Source: Chiloscyllium plagiosum
Taxonomy: Eukaryota
Assembly: GCF_004010195.1 (NCBI RefSeq)
Contig: NC_057750.1
Coordinates: forward strand, 11,693,144-11,757,143
Direction of reading: 5' to 3'
Length of the DNA: 64,000 nucleotides
Shown here one piece after another: positions 1-12,325 of the stretch (its first letter is position 1; each line of letters starts with the position of its first letter). The notes beneath the pieces were generated by a model. That model had not been told where the DNA came from and did no database searches. It was given only the letters and a program-made list of their open reading frames with translations. The translations under genes were made by a program, and so were the position numbers.

Positions 1-3000
1 GCACTGGGTTGGGGCAGGTGCTTTCCAGTTCCCACTCAGTTCTGTTCACATGGCTTCTCCTTGGAGCCCAAAATCTCAGACAAACCTTTCGCAAATCAAT
101 GCTGACCCATTCCAATGGGGTCCTCAGTGTGCGTGTCTCTACACTTCATTAACTTCTATAACATGCTTAGACTCTGAACATTTCCGGGAGATGGTTTCCA
201 TCGACCACTTGTTAAGTTCTGAGACAAAAGGAATGCTTCTGATCCAACCACAGCAATAAATCAATAAAATATAAGTAAGGCAATTTTACCTAGTCAATAC
301 TGGATTTAGTGCAGTGGAGGCCAGGACGTTAAATCTCTCTAAGGCAGAGATTGATAAATTCTTAATCTCGCAAAGAATTAAGGGATACAGGGAAAGTGCG
401 GGTAAGTGGCATTGAAATGCCCATCAGCCATGATTGAATGGTGGACTGGACTCGATGAGTCGAATGGCCTTACTTCCACTCTTATATGTCTTATAGACAC
501 CTGAGCTGCCCAAGAGCAGAGTTTGCTGAAGAGAAATGGGAACTTCAAAAGCTTGGTTAAGTAAAAAATAGTCATTGTGTACTCCTCTGCCTGCCCCTCA
601 AACCAACAGCACCATGTATCTACCTACACAACATAAGGAATAGGAGCAGGAGTAGGCCATCTGGCCTATGTCTGCCATTCAATAAGATCATGGCTGATCT
701 TTTTGTGGACTTAGCTTTACCCGCCTGCTCACCATAACCTTAATTCCTTCACTGTTCAAAGATCTATCTGCCTTTGCCTTAAAAACAAGGAAGCCTCAAC
801 TGCTTCACAGGGCAGGGAATTCCACAGATTTACAATCCTTTGGATGAAGAAGCTCCTCCTCAACTCAGTCCTAAATCTGTTCCCCCTAATTTTGAGGCTA
901 TGCCCCCCTAGTTCTAGTTTCATCCATTAGTGGAAACAACCTCATATCTATTCCCTTCATAACTTTCTATGTTCTGTAGTTGTTCAAGAAGCTGGCTCAT
1001 CTTCACCCTTCCAAGGACAATTAGAAATGGGCAACCTTGTCAGTGATATCATAATCTGTGAATGATGAAAAAAGTTCTCTCTGAATATGTTGTTAATTTC
1101 CTAGCTTTGGTGCTAAGCAGAAGTGTAATGGTAAGTGTAACGCATTCATAGAGTGCATTCAACTTAATTAAACAAATAGACATAAAGAAACCAGACATGA
1201 ATCAGAAATGAAGAGTCAAAAAGGTTTGATTGAAAGCCATGGTTGAAGGGGTGATCTCTGGAAGATGTTTAGATCTTGATACTGCAAAACAGGTCAAGAA
1301 AATTGCAGGCTTGGCCTTCTAATAATGAGATGAAGGGACAGGGTCCAGAGTCAGAAGAACAGAGAATTAAAGTAGTATGTATATAATGCAAGGTGTGGGT
1401 GGACGAGAATGAGATATTAAGTCTGGCTTGAGGAATCACTATGCACAAGAACAGAAGTAATAGGAGTTAGAGTCAACTATATAGACCATCAAATCTGATC
1501 TGCCTTACAATACAAATGAGGGTTAGCTAAATGATAATTGATAGAGGAGAATTTTATAGACAAATTAAAGTTTATGGAAGGTGGATGCTGAAAGGTTGTC
1601 CAGTCAAACTTTGGAATAGTTGATTCTAGAGTTGGCAAGGTTAACGGGTTCCAATAATGGAAGAGGCAAGCGGTGGGTAGAGGTGAACAATATAAAACTA
1701 AACAATCTTGATTTTGCATAAGATGTGGGCTTCAAGGTTCATCCAAGGGTCAAAACATTAAAATAATATTGCAAGTAATCTCTGCAGAGGAGAAGTTAGA
1801 GTCAACAACAATAAAGCTGAGTTCATCCTGATGGCCAATTACTTAAGTCTAACCAGCGTTGAACTGGAAGAAGTTATGACTCATCTAAGAAGATGTTGGA
1901 CAAGAAATCTGCTAACACAGAGGCAACTGAGAGGCATGGAGGGGGGAATGGAAAGGCAGGGCTGGGATCCATTAACAGACATGTGAAAATGTTGACATCA
2001 TATCTGTGGATGATTTTGCTAAAGAATGCAAGTATTTCAGGAAAGTATGGCACCCTGGATGGATCCAGAAATAAATGTCAGGGAACTCCAAAGTGATGGT
2101 GTGAAGCACTGGCTCCACAAAGTAAGAATGGTCCAATACAAAAGGAATCTTACGGAGGTGAACAACAAAGAGGCAGATATTGGAGGGCAGTGCAACAGTT
2201 AACTGTACTAAAAGCTGCAATGAAGTCAAGCAGGAAAAGAAGCAAGGATGCTTCTTGAATGTTCTTGAAGGTTCATTCCTCTAGGCAAATGGAAGATATT
2301 CTATCACTCTTGCGTCAATATAATCAGCAGAAAGGCTATAAGGAATAAAGAGGTGAGTTGATTTCCATAGAATTCCTAGCTTCTTGTAGCCACAGTAGTT
2401 ATATGGTTAGTCCAGTTCAGTATCTGGGCGAAAGTGAGGACTGCAGATGCTGGAGATTAGAGTCAAGATTAGAATGGTGCTAGAAATGCACAGCAGGTCA
2501 GGCAGCATCCGAGGAGCAGGGAAATCGACGTTTCGGATTGTGACACCCACACTAATCAACCCTAATAACCCTCTCCGTGACCAAACATTTCAACTCCCCC
2601 TCCCACTCTACCGAGGACATGCAGGTCCTGGGCCTTCTCCACCGCCACTCCCTCACCACCCGATGCCTGGAGGAAGAACCAACCTATCACCTTTACCCTT
2701 TCCTCCATCCACCTATTGCACTCCCAGCTACCTTCTCCAGAGCCCCACCCCCTCCCATTTAACTCTTCACCTCCAAGGCTTCTAGCCTCATTCCTGATGA
2801 AAGGCCCCTGCCTGAAACTTCGATTTTCCTGTTTCTCAGATTCTGCCTGACCTACTGTGCATTTCCAGCACCACTCTAATCTTGATTCAGTTCAGTTTCT
2901 GGTCAATGGTAACCCCCAGGATGTTAGTGAGTGAAGGATTAATTGGTCGTAATGCCACAGAATGTCAAGAAAGGATGATTAGATTCCCTCTTATTGGAAG

Positions 3001-4099
3001 TAATTATTGCTTGGTACTTGATTGGGGTAAATGTTACTCGCCACTTATGACCCAAGCTTAGATATTGTCCAGGTCTTACTGCATTTGGGATATACATTGC
3101 TTCAGTATTTGGGGAGTTGCAAATGTTGCAAGAGTGATAGAATATCTTCCATTTGCCGAGAGGAATGAACCTTCAAGAACATTCAAGAAGCTTGACACCA
3201 TTCAGGGCAAAGCAGACCATTTGTTTTGTATCCATCTTCATCATTTGCTTCCTTTACCATTGATGCACACTGGGAACAGTGTATACCAAGATGCACTGCA
3301 GTAAACCTCCTTTGACAGCACCTTCACACCCATGAGCTCTACCATCTAGAAGGAGAAGGGCTGCAGATAGATGGAAACACCACCACCTGCACGTGCCACA
3401 CCAAGCCACATGCCATTCTGACTTGGAAATATGTCACCATCTCTTTGCTGTTGCTGGGTCAAAATCCTGGAACACGCATCCTAAGAGCTCTGGTTCCTTG
3501 CACCCTTAGGACTGCAGTGGTTCAAGGAAACAACTCATCACGACCTTTTCCAGGGCAATTAGAGATAGACAATAAACGCTGGTCTAGCCAGTGACAAGCA
3601 CATCCATGAATTAATACAAGTTTTATAAAAGAAGCTGAATGTTTGACAGGTTTGACAAGGATTTGCATGGGGGAGTTTACATGAAGAGTTGAAACCATTG
3701 TGAATGAATAGATCACTACAGGGAAAGAGATGCAACAGATATTTTTCATTGCATTTGTCTGTTCAATTTATGATAAAAATTCACTTTCAGCCCAGTCTAC
3801 AGCATGAGGTTCACTTTAGAAGGTCTTGAAATTCAAACAAAGCTTGTATCCTGGCCCTCAGTTGCTTTGAAAGGGTATGTTGGGAGGAAAGTAACCTTAT
3901 CAATGATTAAGTTGTGTGAAATGATGTTTAGATCTTATCCTATTGGCCTTTCCTCTTGACTGTTTAATCCCATGTTCTGTGGCTGCATTTGTTCCTTGCA
4001 GGTTTTCGGATCTAAGTCTTCCAGTATAATGACAGCTTAAATACACTATTCATTGTTCCCTCAGTTCTACTATATTTCGACTTTGTTGCTGGCAAAAGA

Positions 4100-4425
4100 T
4101 TCAGATGGCAGATTGCCAGCATATTATTTTGGATGAGAACTTAAACCAAGATCTATCTACCCTCTTGGGTGGTTGAAAGAAGTCTAACAGGATTATTCTG
4201 AAGAACAGCAAGGGAGTTTTTGCTAGCGTGCACCCTACATCCAACATGACCTAAACATAATCTTATCATTTGTCCAATTTATGTTTGTGGGATTTTGCTG
4301 TGTGCAACTTATCCACTGCATTTGCTATGTCCCAACAGGAATTACACATTAAAAGTACTTTGTTGGGTGTAAAGCACTTTGGGATGTCCTGAGTTTGTGA
4401 AAGGTGTTATATAAATGCAAGTTCC
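4100..4425 (+). mobile_element. Deu-domain SINE (SacSINE1/AmnSINE1-like) relic; related copies at about 9505-9925, 24350-24755, 34900-35200, 41640-41880 (+) and 33560-33880 (-)
   Basis: GAAGAACAGCA..GGAGTT, TTTGTGGGA..TTGCTGTG and tail TGTAAAGCACTTTGGGATGTCCTGAG..GTGAAAGG..TATATAAATGCAAG recur across copies. Confidence 0.65.
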
Positions 4426-5449
4426 TTTTTTTTGTTTCAAAAACCTTACTTACATGAGAGGTTTAGAAACTTTTCCCCTAAGGGCAAGGAATTCCTCACG
4501 CTCACTATATTTAATGAATTTAATTTTCTTTGAAAATCTTCTCTACCCACCATGTGCATCTGCCATGCCCATCCACTTGGCATGCCCCTGCCTCACCCAT
4601 TTGGTACCTTACCTCACTCCCTGACTTACCCTAACTCCCCACCAACCTGTCACCCTGTGCTCCCCAACTCCTCCCCCCCCCCCCAACTCCTCACCACGCA
4701 CCCCATTTCCTTTCCCACTCACCCCTCTAATACACATTCAGCAACTGCCTGCAGGATCTTTAAATCTTGGAATACAGTTGCCCATTCCGAAAGAAAAGGG
4801 ATGTGTATAAATGCCGATCCACTCTGGATTCCTTAGCTGGATTTGACTACTTTAGAGCCAAAAAAAAACTGCAGATGCTGAAATCCAAAGTAGCAAGCCA
4901 GGCAGCATCAGGGGGTGGAGAAGTCAACGATTCGGGTGTAACCCTTCTTCAGGATTGTGGGTGGGTGTGAGGGGAGCTGCAGATAAAGGATGGGTGTGGG
5001 AGAGGTTTGGGTTAGGAGAGGGGTGGAATGGTGAGGTAGAGATAGGTGAACTTTGGTAGTGGGTAAAATGTGACTACTTTAGCTGCAAAGGCTTAAAAGG
5101 GATCAGACCTGCTCTTGCTTGAAACAATTCCACTGGGCTGACTTGCAGTTTACTAGATGCGGGTCCTCATATTGTAGCAAAGGATGATCCTGAGATCAAG
5201 GTTCCTACCCTGACACTTTTGTTGAGGATTTCAGTGCTTATGGGATCCTGTAATGATTGGAGTCATTTCTGATGGATACTCTTATGAAAATATCCCACAG
5301 TTCAACTTTGGGTGCCCCAGCATTTGAGAGAGTCACTACAACATGGATATGGTGGGGGGGGTGAGGGACAAAAATAACTCTGTGAAATGGTCTAGATTAT
5401 TACTTTTCTATTGCTGTTATGATCCCATTTGCTTGTTAATGTTAATTAC

Positions 5450-5790
5450 TAAAAGATGAAGAAGTGTGCAATTCTGGTCTCCTTCATTTTGGAAAGATGT
5501 GAAACTTGAAAGGGTTCAGAAAAGATTTGCAAGGATGTTTCCAGGGTTGGAGGATTTGAGCTATAGGGAGAGGCTGAACAGACTGTGGAATGAGCTGCCA
5601 GAGGAAGTGGTGGAGGCTGGTACAATTGCAACATTTAAAAGGCATTTGGATGGGTATATGAATAGGAAGGGTTTGGAGGGATATGGGCCGGGTGCTGGCA
5701 GGTGGGACTAGATTGGGGTTGGAATATCAGGTCGGCATGGACGGGTTGGACCAAAGGGTCTGTTTCCATGCTGTACATCTCTATGACTCT
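5450..5790 (+). mobile_element. CR1 (HER1-like) LINE 3' fragment with an internal deletion
   Basis: QFWSP..KDVKLERVQKRFARMFPGLEDLSYRERLNRL fused directly to WNELPEEVVEAGT; CR1 3' UTR. Confidence 0.9.
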
Positions 5791-6721
5791 AACTGTCTTG
5801 GAATTATGACATGACAAAAAAAGGAAATTGAGCTCAAGATCAGATAAGGTCAGAATTTGGGTCTAAGGGGTCACTGTTAGAAAATCAATGGATGCCCATT
5901 TAAAACAGAGATAATTTTTATTCTTTCTCAGAGGGTTGGGAATCTGGAAAAGGTGGTGGGTGCAGAGTCATTGAATTGTTTTAATGCAGAAATGGATAGA
6001 TTCTTGCTAAGTGTGGGAGGAAACGTTGTCAGGATAGGTGGAAGTATGGATTTGAGGTTACAATCAAATCAGCCATGATTTTATTGAATGCAGGGCAGGA
6101 TCAAGGAGCTGAATAGCCTACTTCTGCTCCTGACTAGTATGTTTGTATGTTCATTAGTTAGTTAAAGAGAAAGCAGGATTCAAATTACCAGCGCAGCTCG
6201 CAATTCATTATTTAAATGAGTCTAAATTTAAAAGTTTCCATTTCCAAATCTAACACAGTAGCTTCCCTGGAAATGCTATGTAAGGATGCCAGTGTCATAC
6301 TAAGTAATTGTTTTAGCCATTGACACAGTGATCAGAAAGTTGCAGGTTTGATCCCTATTGTGAGCTGAGTTAACTATTGGCTTGAGAGCAACAGCAGAGT
6401 TATCACAACTGGCTTTAGAACCTTGAGCTGGAATGGGGAAGTTAACCAGAAATCCGAATAGAAAGTGTGCTTGCATAATACTAAGGGAAGTTAGACGAAG
6501 ATGCATGTGGTAGCCAATTTTCACCCAGCAAGTTCCCATAAACATCAATGCTATAATGAATGGATAATTGCTCTATACTATTGATCAAAGGATCAGCATT
6601 GGCCAAGCGATTGGAGATAATTTCTCTGTTCTTCTTTAAAATCGGATCTATAACATCCACTGACATTGTATATGGAGCCGCAGTTTAACATTTTATCTGA
6701 ACGTTGGCATGTTTGACAGTA

Positions 6722-6950
6722 CAGGCAGAAGTGGGTCCTGCAGATGCTGGTGATCAGAGTCAAGGTTAGAGTGGTGCTGGAAAAGCACAGCAGGTCAGGC
6801 AGCCTCCGAGGAGTAGGAAAATCGACATTTTGGGCAAAAGCCCTTCATCGGGATTCCTGATGAAGGGCTTTTACACAAAATGCCGATTTTCCTGCTCCTC
6901 AGATGCTGCCTGACCTGCTATGCTTTTCCAGCACCACTCTAATCTTGACT
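6722..6950. mobile_element. Fold-back (palindromic) PLE-end element with 13-bp TSD; related copies at 2428-2887, 7160-7303, 12570-12846, 19971-20135, 20522-20703
   Basis: Inverted arms GTGGTGCTGGAAAAGCACAGCAGGTCAGGCAGC centred near 6853; ATGTTTGACAGTA at 6709-6721 and 6951-6963. Confidence 0.85.
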
Positions 6951-8011
6951 ATGTTTGACAGTAAGTACACCCTCACTCTGGATCCCTGGTTTGTATTGCA
7001 GAGTGATGCCAACAGCAAGGGTTCAATTCCAACACTGCTGAGAGTCCATGAAGGAGTTGCTTCTGAATCTCTCCCCTTGCTTGAGGTGTGGTGACCCTCA
7101 GATAAAACCACCACCAGTCATCTCTCTGTGATGAGACAGTAGCCTATGGTCTGTTAAGGGCAAAAGTGAGGACTGCAGATGCTGGAAACCAGAGTTTAGA
7201 TCAGAGTGGTGCTGGAAAAGCACAGCAGGTCAGGCAGCATCCGAGGAGCAGGAAAATCAAGGTTTTGGGCAAAAGCCCTTCATCAGCACCACTCTGATCT
7301 AAACTATGGTCTGTTAAGGCAATGGTGACTTTGGTCCCTCATTAATGCCTTGGATTGTCAGCCTAGACTTTTGAGCTCAAAACCTAGTCTGGAACTTGAA
7401 CCCATAACCTTTGAACCAGAGTTTGGAATGCTACCACTGTTTTAGTAGAACAGGGACAGTTCTAGGGAGGGTCTAATCCTGAAACCACTAATTAGCCAAA
7501 GAAGGAAAATGCCTCACACCTGCTAGTGCACATCATCATAGCAGGTCTTTGTGTGTACATATCCAAATGAACCATCTCAATTCAAGCTGAAGTAATTATT
7601 CACAGTTCTGCACTCACCATTCAAAGCTGACAATGCAGCCTTTAAGAAAGAATTTAAATGCAGATCATTATCCTCGATGGAGGTTGGGCCTCCCATTCAG
7701 TTTGTGCTGACTCTCAGCAAGTTACATAAATACAGCTCCTTACTTGAACAGTAGGACGAGGCAGCTAATTAGTGCATTCTGGCACTGCCTACTACTCAGT
7801 AACTATTCTCTTCATTTGTTATTGCATAACATGACCACAGTACTTGGACACAAAGAGGGTCAGAACATATCCCAGAAACCATCAGAAATACTTTGCAGAC
7901 TGAATACAACTGCCCTTGATTCTATAATGTACTTTGTTTCGCACAAATGAAAGGCACCCCTTAGTTATTGCCACACGAGAAGAAGGCTCTTAATTCAACA
8001 ATGGGTTTTCA

Positions 8012-8375
8012 ATCATTTACTCCCATTGTGTAAGATTACAATCAAGGAAATCCCTTCCCACTCAGTCCCATTGTATAAAGCTCGATTGGAGAAAATCCCT
8101 TCCTATTCACTCCCATTATAAACTTCCAGTGGAGGAAGTCCTTTCTTGTTCACTCTCATTGCAAAAGAAATCAATGCAAGATCCTTTCCGAGTCACTGTC
8201 ACTGGTAAAATATTCCAATGTACAAAAGAAATTTCCATTTGTTCCCATTGTACAAGTTTCCATTGACCAAATTTCCTTCCAATTCATTCCCATTGTGATG
8301 GAATCCCTCCCATTTTCCCTTATATTATAGGAAGTTGAGAGACAAAAGATATTTCCCATTTTTCACCCCATTGCA
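8012..8375. repeat. Degenerate minisatellite, unit about 43-46 bp
   Basis: Recurring TCA(C/G)TCCCATTG...AAATCCCTTCC, about 7 units. Confidence 0.75.
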
Positions 8376-9009
8376 GCCCAGGTGTCTTCCCATATTAAAT
8401 CAAGATACTAAAGACATCAAGGGATGTGGGGATAGTGCTGGAGAATGGGGTGGAGGTAAAAGGTGAACCTTGATCTATTTGAATGCTAGAGCAGGCTTGA
8501 GGGGCCAAATGGCCTGTTCCTGTTTCCTATGTGCCATATTCAAGTCGATCTTCTACCTCCTTGTGGTATTTTCTTTTTGTTCTCTCAATCATTCTTCAGA
8601 TGAGATCAGTCAGTTAACCAACCTCACAGACAAATCAGCTCCTGGAGACAGAATAAGAGTGGCCAGAGTAAGTCTGATATTCCATTCCACTTTATGGGTA
8701 AGCTTTTGGTATTTTCCAGCTGGCATAACCGTTTGAACAGTAATAGTATTCCACTATTATCTGGCCCGACTCATTAGGATTAACTCACGGAACTACTTAA
8801 TTGCCAATGATGTCAGCATTAAGCTATTCAAGACCTCTGAAGTATTTCGCAGCTGACTGTAGCTGTTCTATAAGGATTAACACATTTCCAGAGTAATCTT
8901 TGGAAATCTCTCCAAAATTCCAGCTGAACAGGATGTTAAATGACATACCAGCTGATCAGGCCCTCTTGTTTTCTTTTAAGATTGAGGTGATGAAGGCTTC
9001 TGTAAAATT

Positions 9010-9440
9010 GTGGTGGGAGTGGGTGGTGAGAAGGTGAGAGGATGAGGGCTATTGGGAACTGGGAGAAGAGGAGGTGGGCCAATAGAGACATGTGGGAAGA
9101 GAGAAGGGCCTATCAGCTACAGAGAAGGGGAGGAGATTATATAGGAGTGGGAAGAATGGGAAGAAAGCCAATGGGATCTCTGGAAGAAGGGTTAATGGGA
9201 GTAGTGGGTAGGGGACAGGACCAATAGGAACTGGCAGAGGGAAAGAAGGCCAATGAGATTAATGGGGAGGGACATTCAGAACTAGGGGAAAAGGAGGAGA
9301 GCCCATGGGGATGTAGAGAATGGGGGAAATGGTGAGTAGCATAGCCAAAATCAACTGGGGAGGAAGGGGATGAGTGTCTGGGAAGGTTGTGGAGTAGGGG
9401 AGGGTGAGGAGGCTAGGGGAAAGGAACAAAGGAAAGGTAT
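9010..9440. repeat. Purine-rich low-complexity tract with recurring GCCAAT(A/G)G
   Basis: Strong G/A skew, degenerate periodicity. Confidence 0.6.
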
Positions 9441-9934
9441 AGTGAATTGAGCTGAGCTGAGCTGTGAGAATAATATGATGTATTAACATTCTGAGAAGCA
9501 ACTAACGTGGCTCATTTGGTAGCACTCCTGCATTTGAATGCCAAAGTATTTGTGTTCAGGACTCATTCCAAGGTTTCAACCCATAAAGTTATACTGATAT
9601 CCAGTGAAGTGCTGGGGAGTGCAGCACTGTTCGAGTAGCTGTTTTGTAAATGACACATTGAACCAAGGCTCCACCTTGTGCTCAGGCGAATGTAATTAAC
9701 ATTATTTTGAAGAACAGCAGTGGAGTTATCACAAATGTTCTGCTCAAAATGTATTATTCAGTCAACATGACTAAAACAGATGGTCTGGTCACTGTCACAC
9801 TGCTGTAAGTGGGAGTTTTCTGCATCCATGTTGTCACACTTCCTGCATTATTATACAGACTACTCTTCAAAATGTGCTTTGTTGGTTGTAAAGCACTTTT
9901 GAGACACCCAGTGATTACGAAAAGTGCTGGGGTA

Positions 9935-10625
9935 TTTCCGAACAAAGAGACCATGAGGTGCAGCTTCATAGTTCCTTGAAGGCGGACACACAGATAGACA
10001 GGGTAGTGAAGGCAACATTTGGTATATTTGCCTTTATTAATCAGTGCATTGAGTATAGGAATTGGAATGTCATATTGCGACAGGACATTGGTTAGGCCAC
10101 AGAATAATGGGTTCAGTTTGGATCTCCCTGTTATAGGAGAGATGTTGTTAGACTTGAAAGGATGCAGGAAAGATTTACAAAGATGTTGTCAGGGTTGGAG
10201 GGTTTGAGCTATAGGAAGAGGCTGAATAGGCTGGGCTATTTTCCCTGGAGGGTTAGAGGTTGAGGGGTGACCTTATACAGGCTTATAAAATCATGAGAGG
10301 CATGGATAGGGTAAATAGACAAGGTCTTTATCCCAGGGTTAGGGGAGTCCCAAACTAGAGATCATAGGTTTAAGGTGAGAGGGGAAAGATTTAAAAAGGA
10401 CCTGAGGGTAGCTTTTTCACACAGAGGGTGGTGTATGTATGGAATGAGCTGCTAGAGCAAGTAGTGGAAACTGGTATAATTATAACATTTGAAGGGCATT
10501 CTGGATGAATACATGAAATAGGAAGGGCTGAGAGGGATATGCTGGCAAATGGGATTAGATTGCTGTAAGATATCTACCTCAGCATGGATGAGTTGGATGG
10601 TCTGGTTCCATGCTGTATGATTCTA
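9935..10625 (+). mobile_element. CR1 LINE 3' fragment
   Basis: Collinear with the 29020-29780 copy, frameshifted. Confidence 0.9.
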
Positions 10626-10662
10626 AGTCTTTATTTTTGTAAGCTAATATTCTAGTATCAAA

Positions 10663-11014
10663 ATCATAGAACCCCTACAATGTGGAAACAGGCCCTTCAG
10701 CCAACAGGTCCACACCGACCCTCCAAAGAGTAATCCATTCAGACCCATTCCCCTACCCTATTACTCTATATTTCTGCTGACTAATGCACCCAGCCTACGC
10801 ATCCCTGAACATTATAGGTAATTTAGCATAGCCAATTCACCTGACCTGCACATCTTTGGATGGTGGGAGGAAACCGGAGCACCCGAAAGAAACCCACGCA
10901 GATACGGGGAGAGTGTGCAAACTCCACACAAACAGTCACCTGAGGGTGGAATTGAACCCAGGTCCCTGGCGCTGTGAGGCAGCAGTGCTAAACACTGAGC
11001 CACCGTGCCACCCC
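10663..11014 (-). mobile_element. HE1/V-SINE-like SINE
   Basis: Same head, V-domain and tail as 53634-53937. Confidence 0.85.
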
Positions 11015-12092
11015 CCAATAGATAAAAATACCGACACCTTGTTAATTCCAAGGGTTAATACACTCAGGCTGGTGGTGTGGTGGGTTTTGAGGATTAGGCA
11101 ATGCAATCATTTAATAAACTGGGAAGTAGATGAAACAATGGGTTAATACACTGCAGTTGAGACTGTGATGGAAAGTCTCTCGGCTGAAAGCATTCAGCTC
11201 ATTCTCTTTGGCTATGACACAAAACATCCCATAATTTGGCTCAAATTTAGCAACCTCACTTCGAGAACCTGTAAAGATGTTGGGAATGGAAAAATCCATA
11301 CTGATGCAGTAGTAGGCTGCGATGAAAGTACCTTATTATAGGGACATTCAGTCTGCAGCTGGATGTGTTTAAACAATGGAGAGGGCTTAATGGTGGCAGA
11401 TAACTCCTGAAAGTGCACTAATATTACCCCATTATGTGCCATTTGCACCAGAATTAATGTTTATTGGTGGAGTAATTGTGATAAAACCCTTGGACAATAC
11501 ATATATAATCTTTTGGAGTGCAGCTATTTAAAAAAAAAGTCAAGCCAGTTTGCATTAGGGAACCTCAGCAGGGTTCGAGGAGTAAACATAAAACAGGGTC
11601 TGGCTCAGTCACTGTGCTGCCAAATAGCTCAATTGCACAGTCTCGTGGCTGTTTCTGTGCCACTTCACAAGGATGACAGGATAATATGGCTGGGAGAGGC
11701 AAAGGCCTGACTAAGAGGCAAAGAAAATGCCACAATTACATTAAATCAAGGCTTCAAAACCCTCCTCAATGAAACAGGATAGGAAGAGACAGAGTGGTGG
11801 ACATTTTACAGGAGTGAGCAACAACCTCTATTTATATCACATCTCAAATGCAGTAAAATTCCCCGGGTGCTTCTCAGCAGCTTAATCAGACAAAAACCTG
11901 CATTTAACAGGTGACTGAAAGCTTGCCTGAAATTAAATGGAACATATGGCAAAGAATCAGGCCATTCAGCCCAACTACTCTATGCTGATATTTATACTCT
12001 AGCACAGGAGTATGCCATTCACACTGCTCCCCACTTCAAAGTGATCATGGCTGATCCTCTAGCTCCACGCCATATTCCCACTTTCTCACTGT

Positions 12093-12325
12093 TGTGATTG
12101 TAACAAGGTTAGGCAGGTGGATGTCATAGAATCTGTGTTCCTTAATTGGGGCTGTTAACCTCATCCAATCAGGGAGCCCTGGCTGATAAATGTAAGCGGG
12201 AGTTTCAGAGGTTCCATTCATTCTGAGAGCTGGCTCTGAGCTAGCTGGGTCAGTGTCATGTATTGTGCACATGTAAATAAAGGGTGACTTGGTTACGGGA
12301 CACTGGCCTTTGTGGAGTTATTTCA
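12093..12325 (+). mobile_element. Solo LTR (about 230 bp, TG..CA)
   Basis: Homologous to the 5' LTR of the Gypsy element at 47057; CCAAT box and AATAAA. Confidence 0.85.

Noticed and set aside
50..290. Terminal exon with two AATAAA signals
   Set aside because: Peptide unrecognisable and AATAAA is common in AT-rich DNA; no upstream context in the window.
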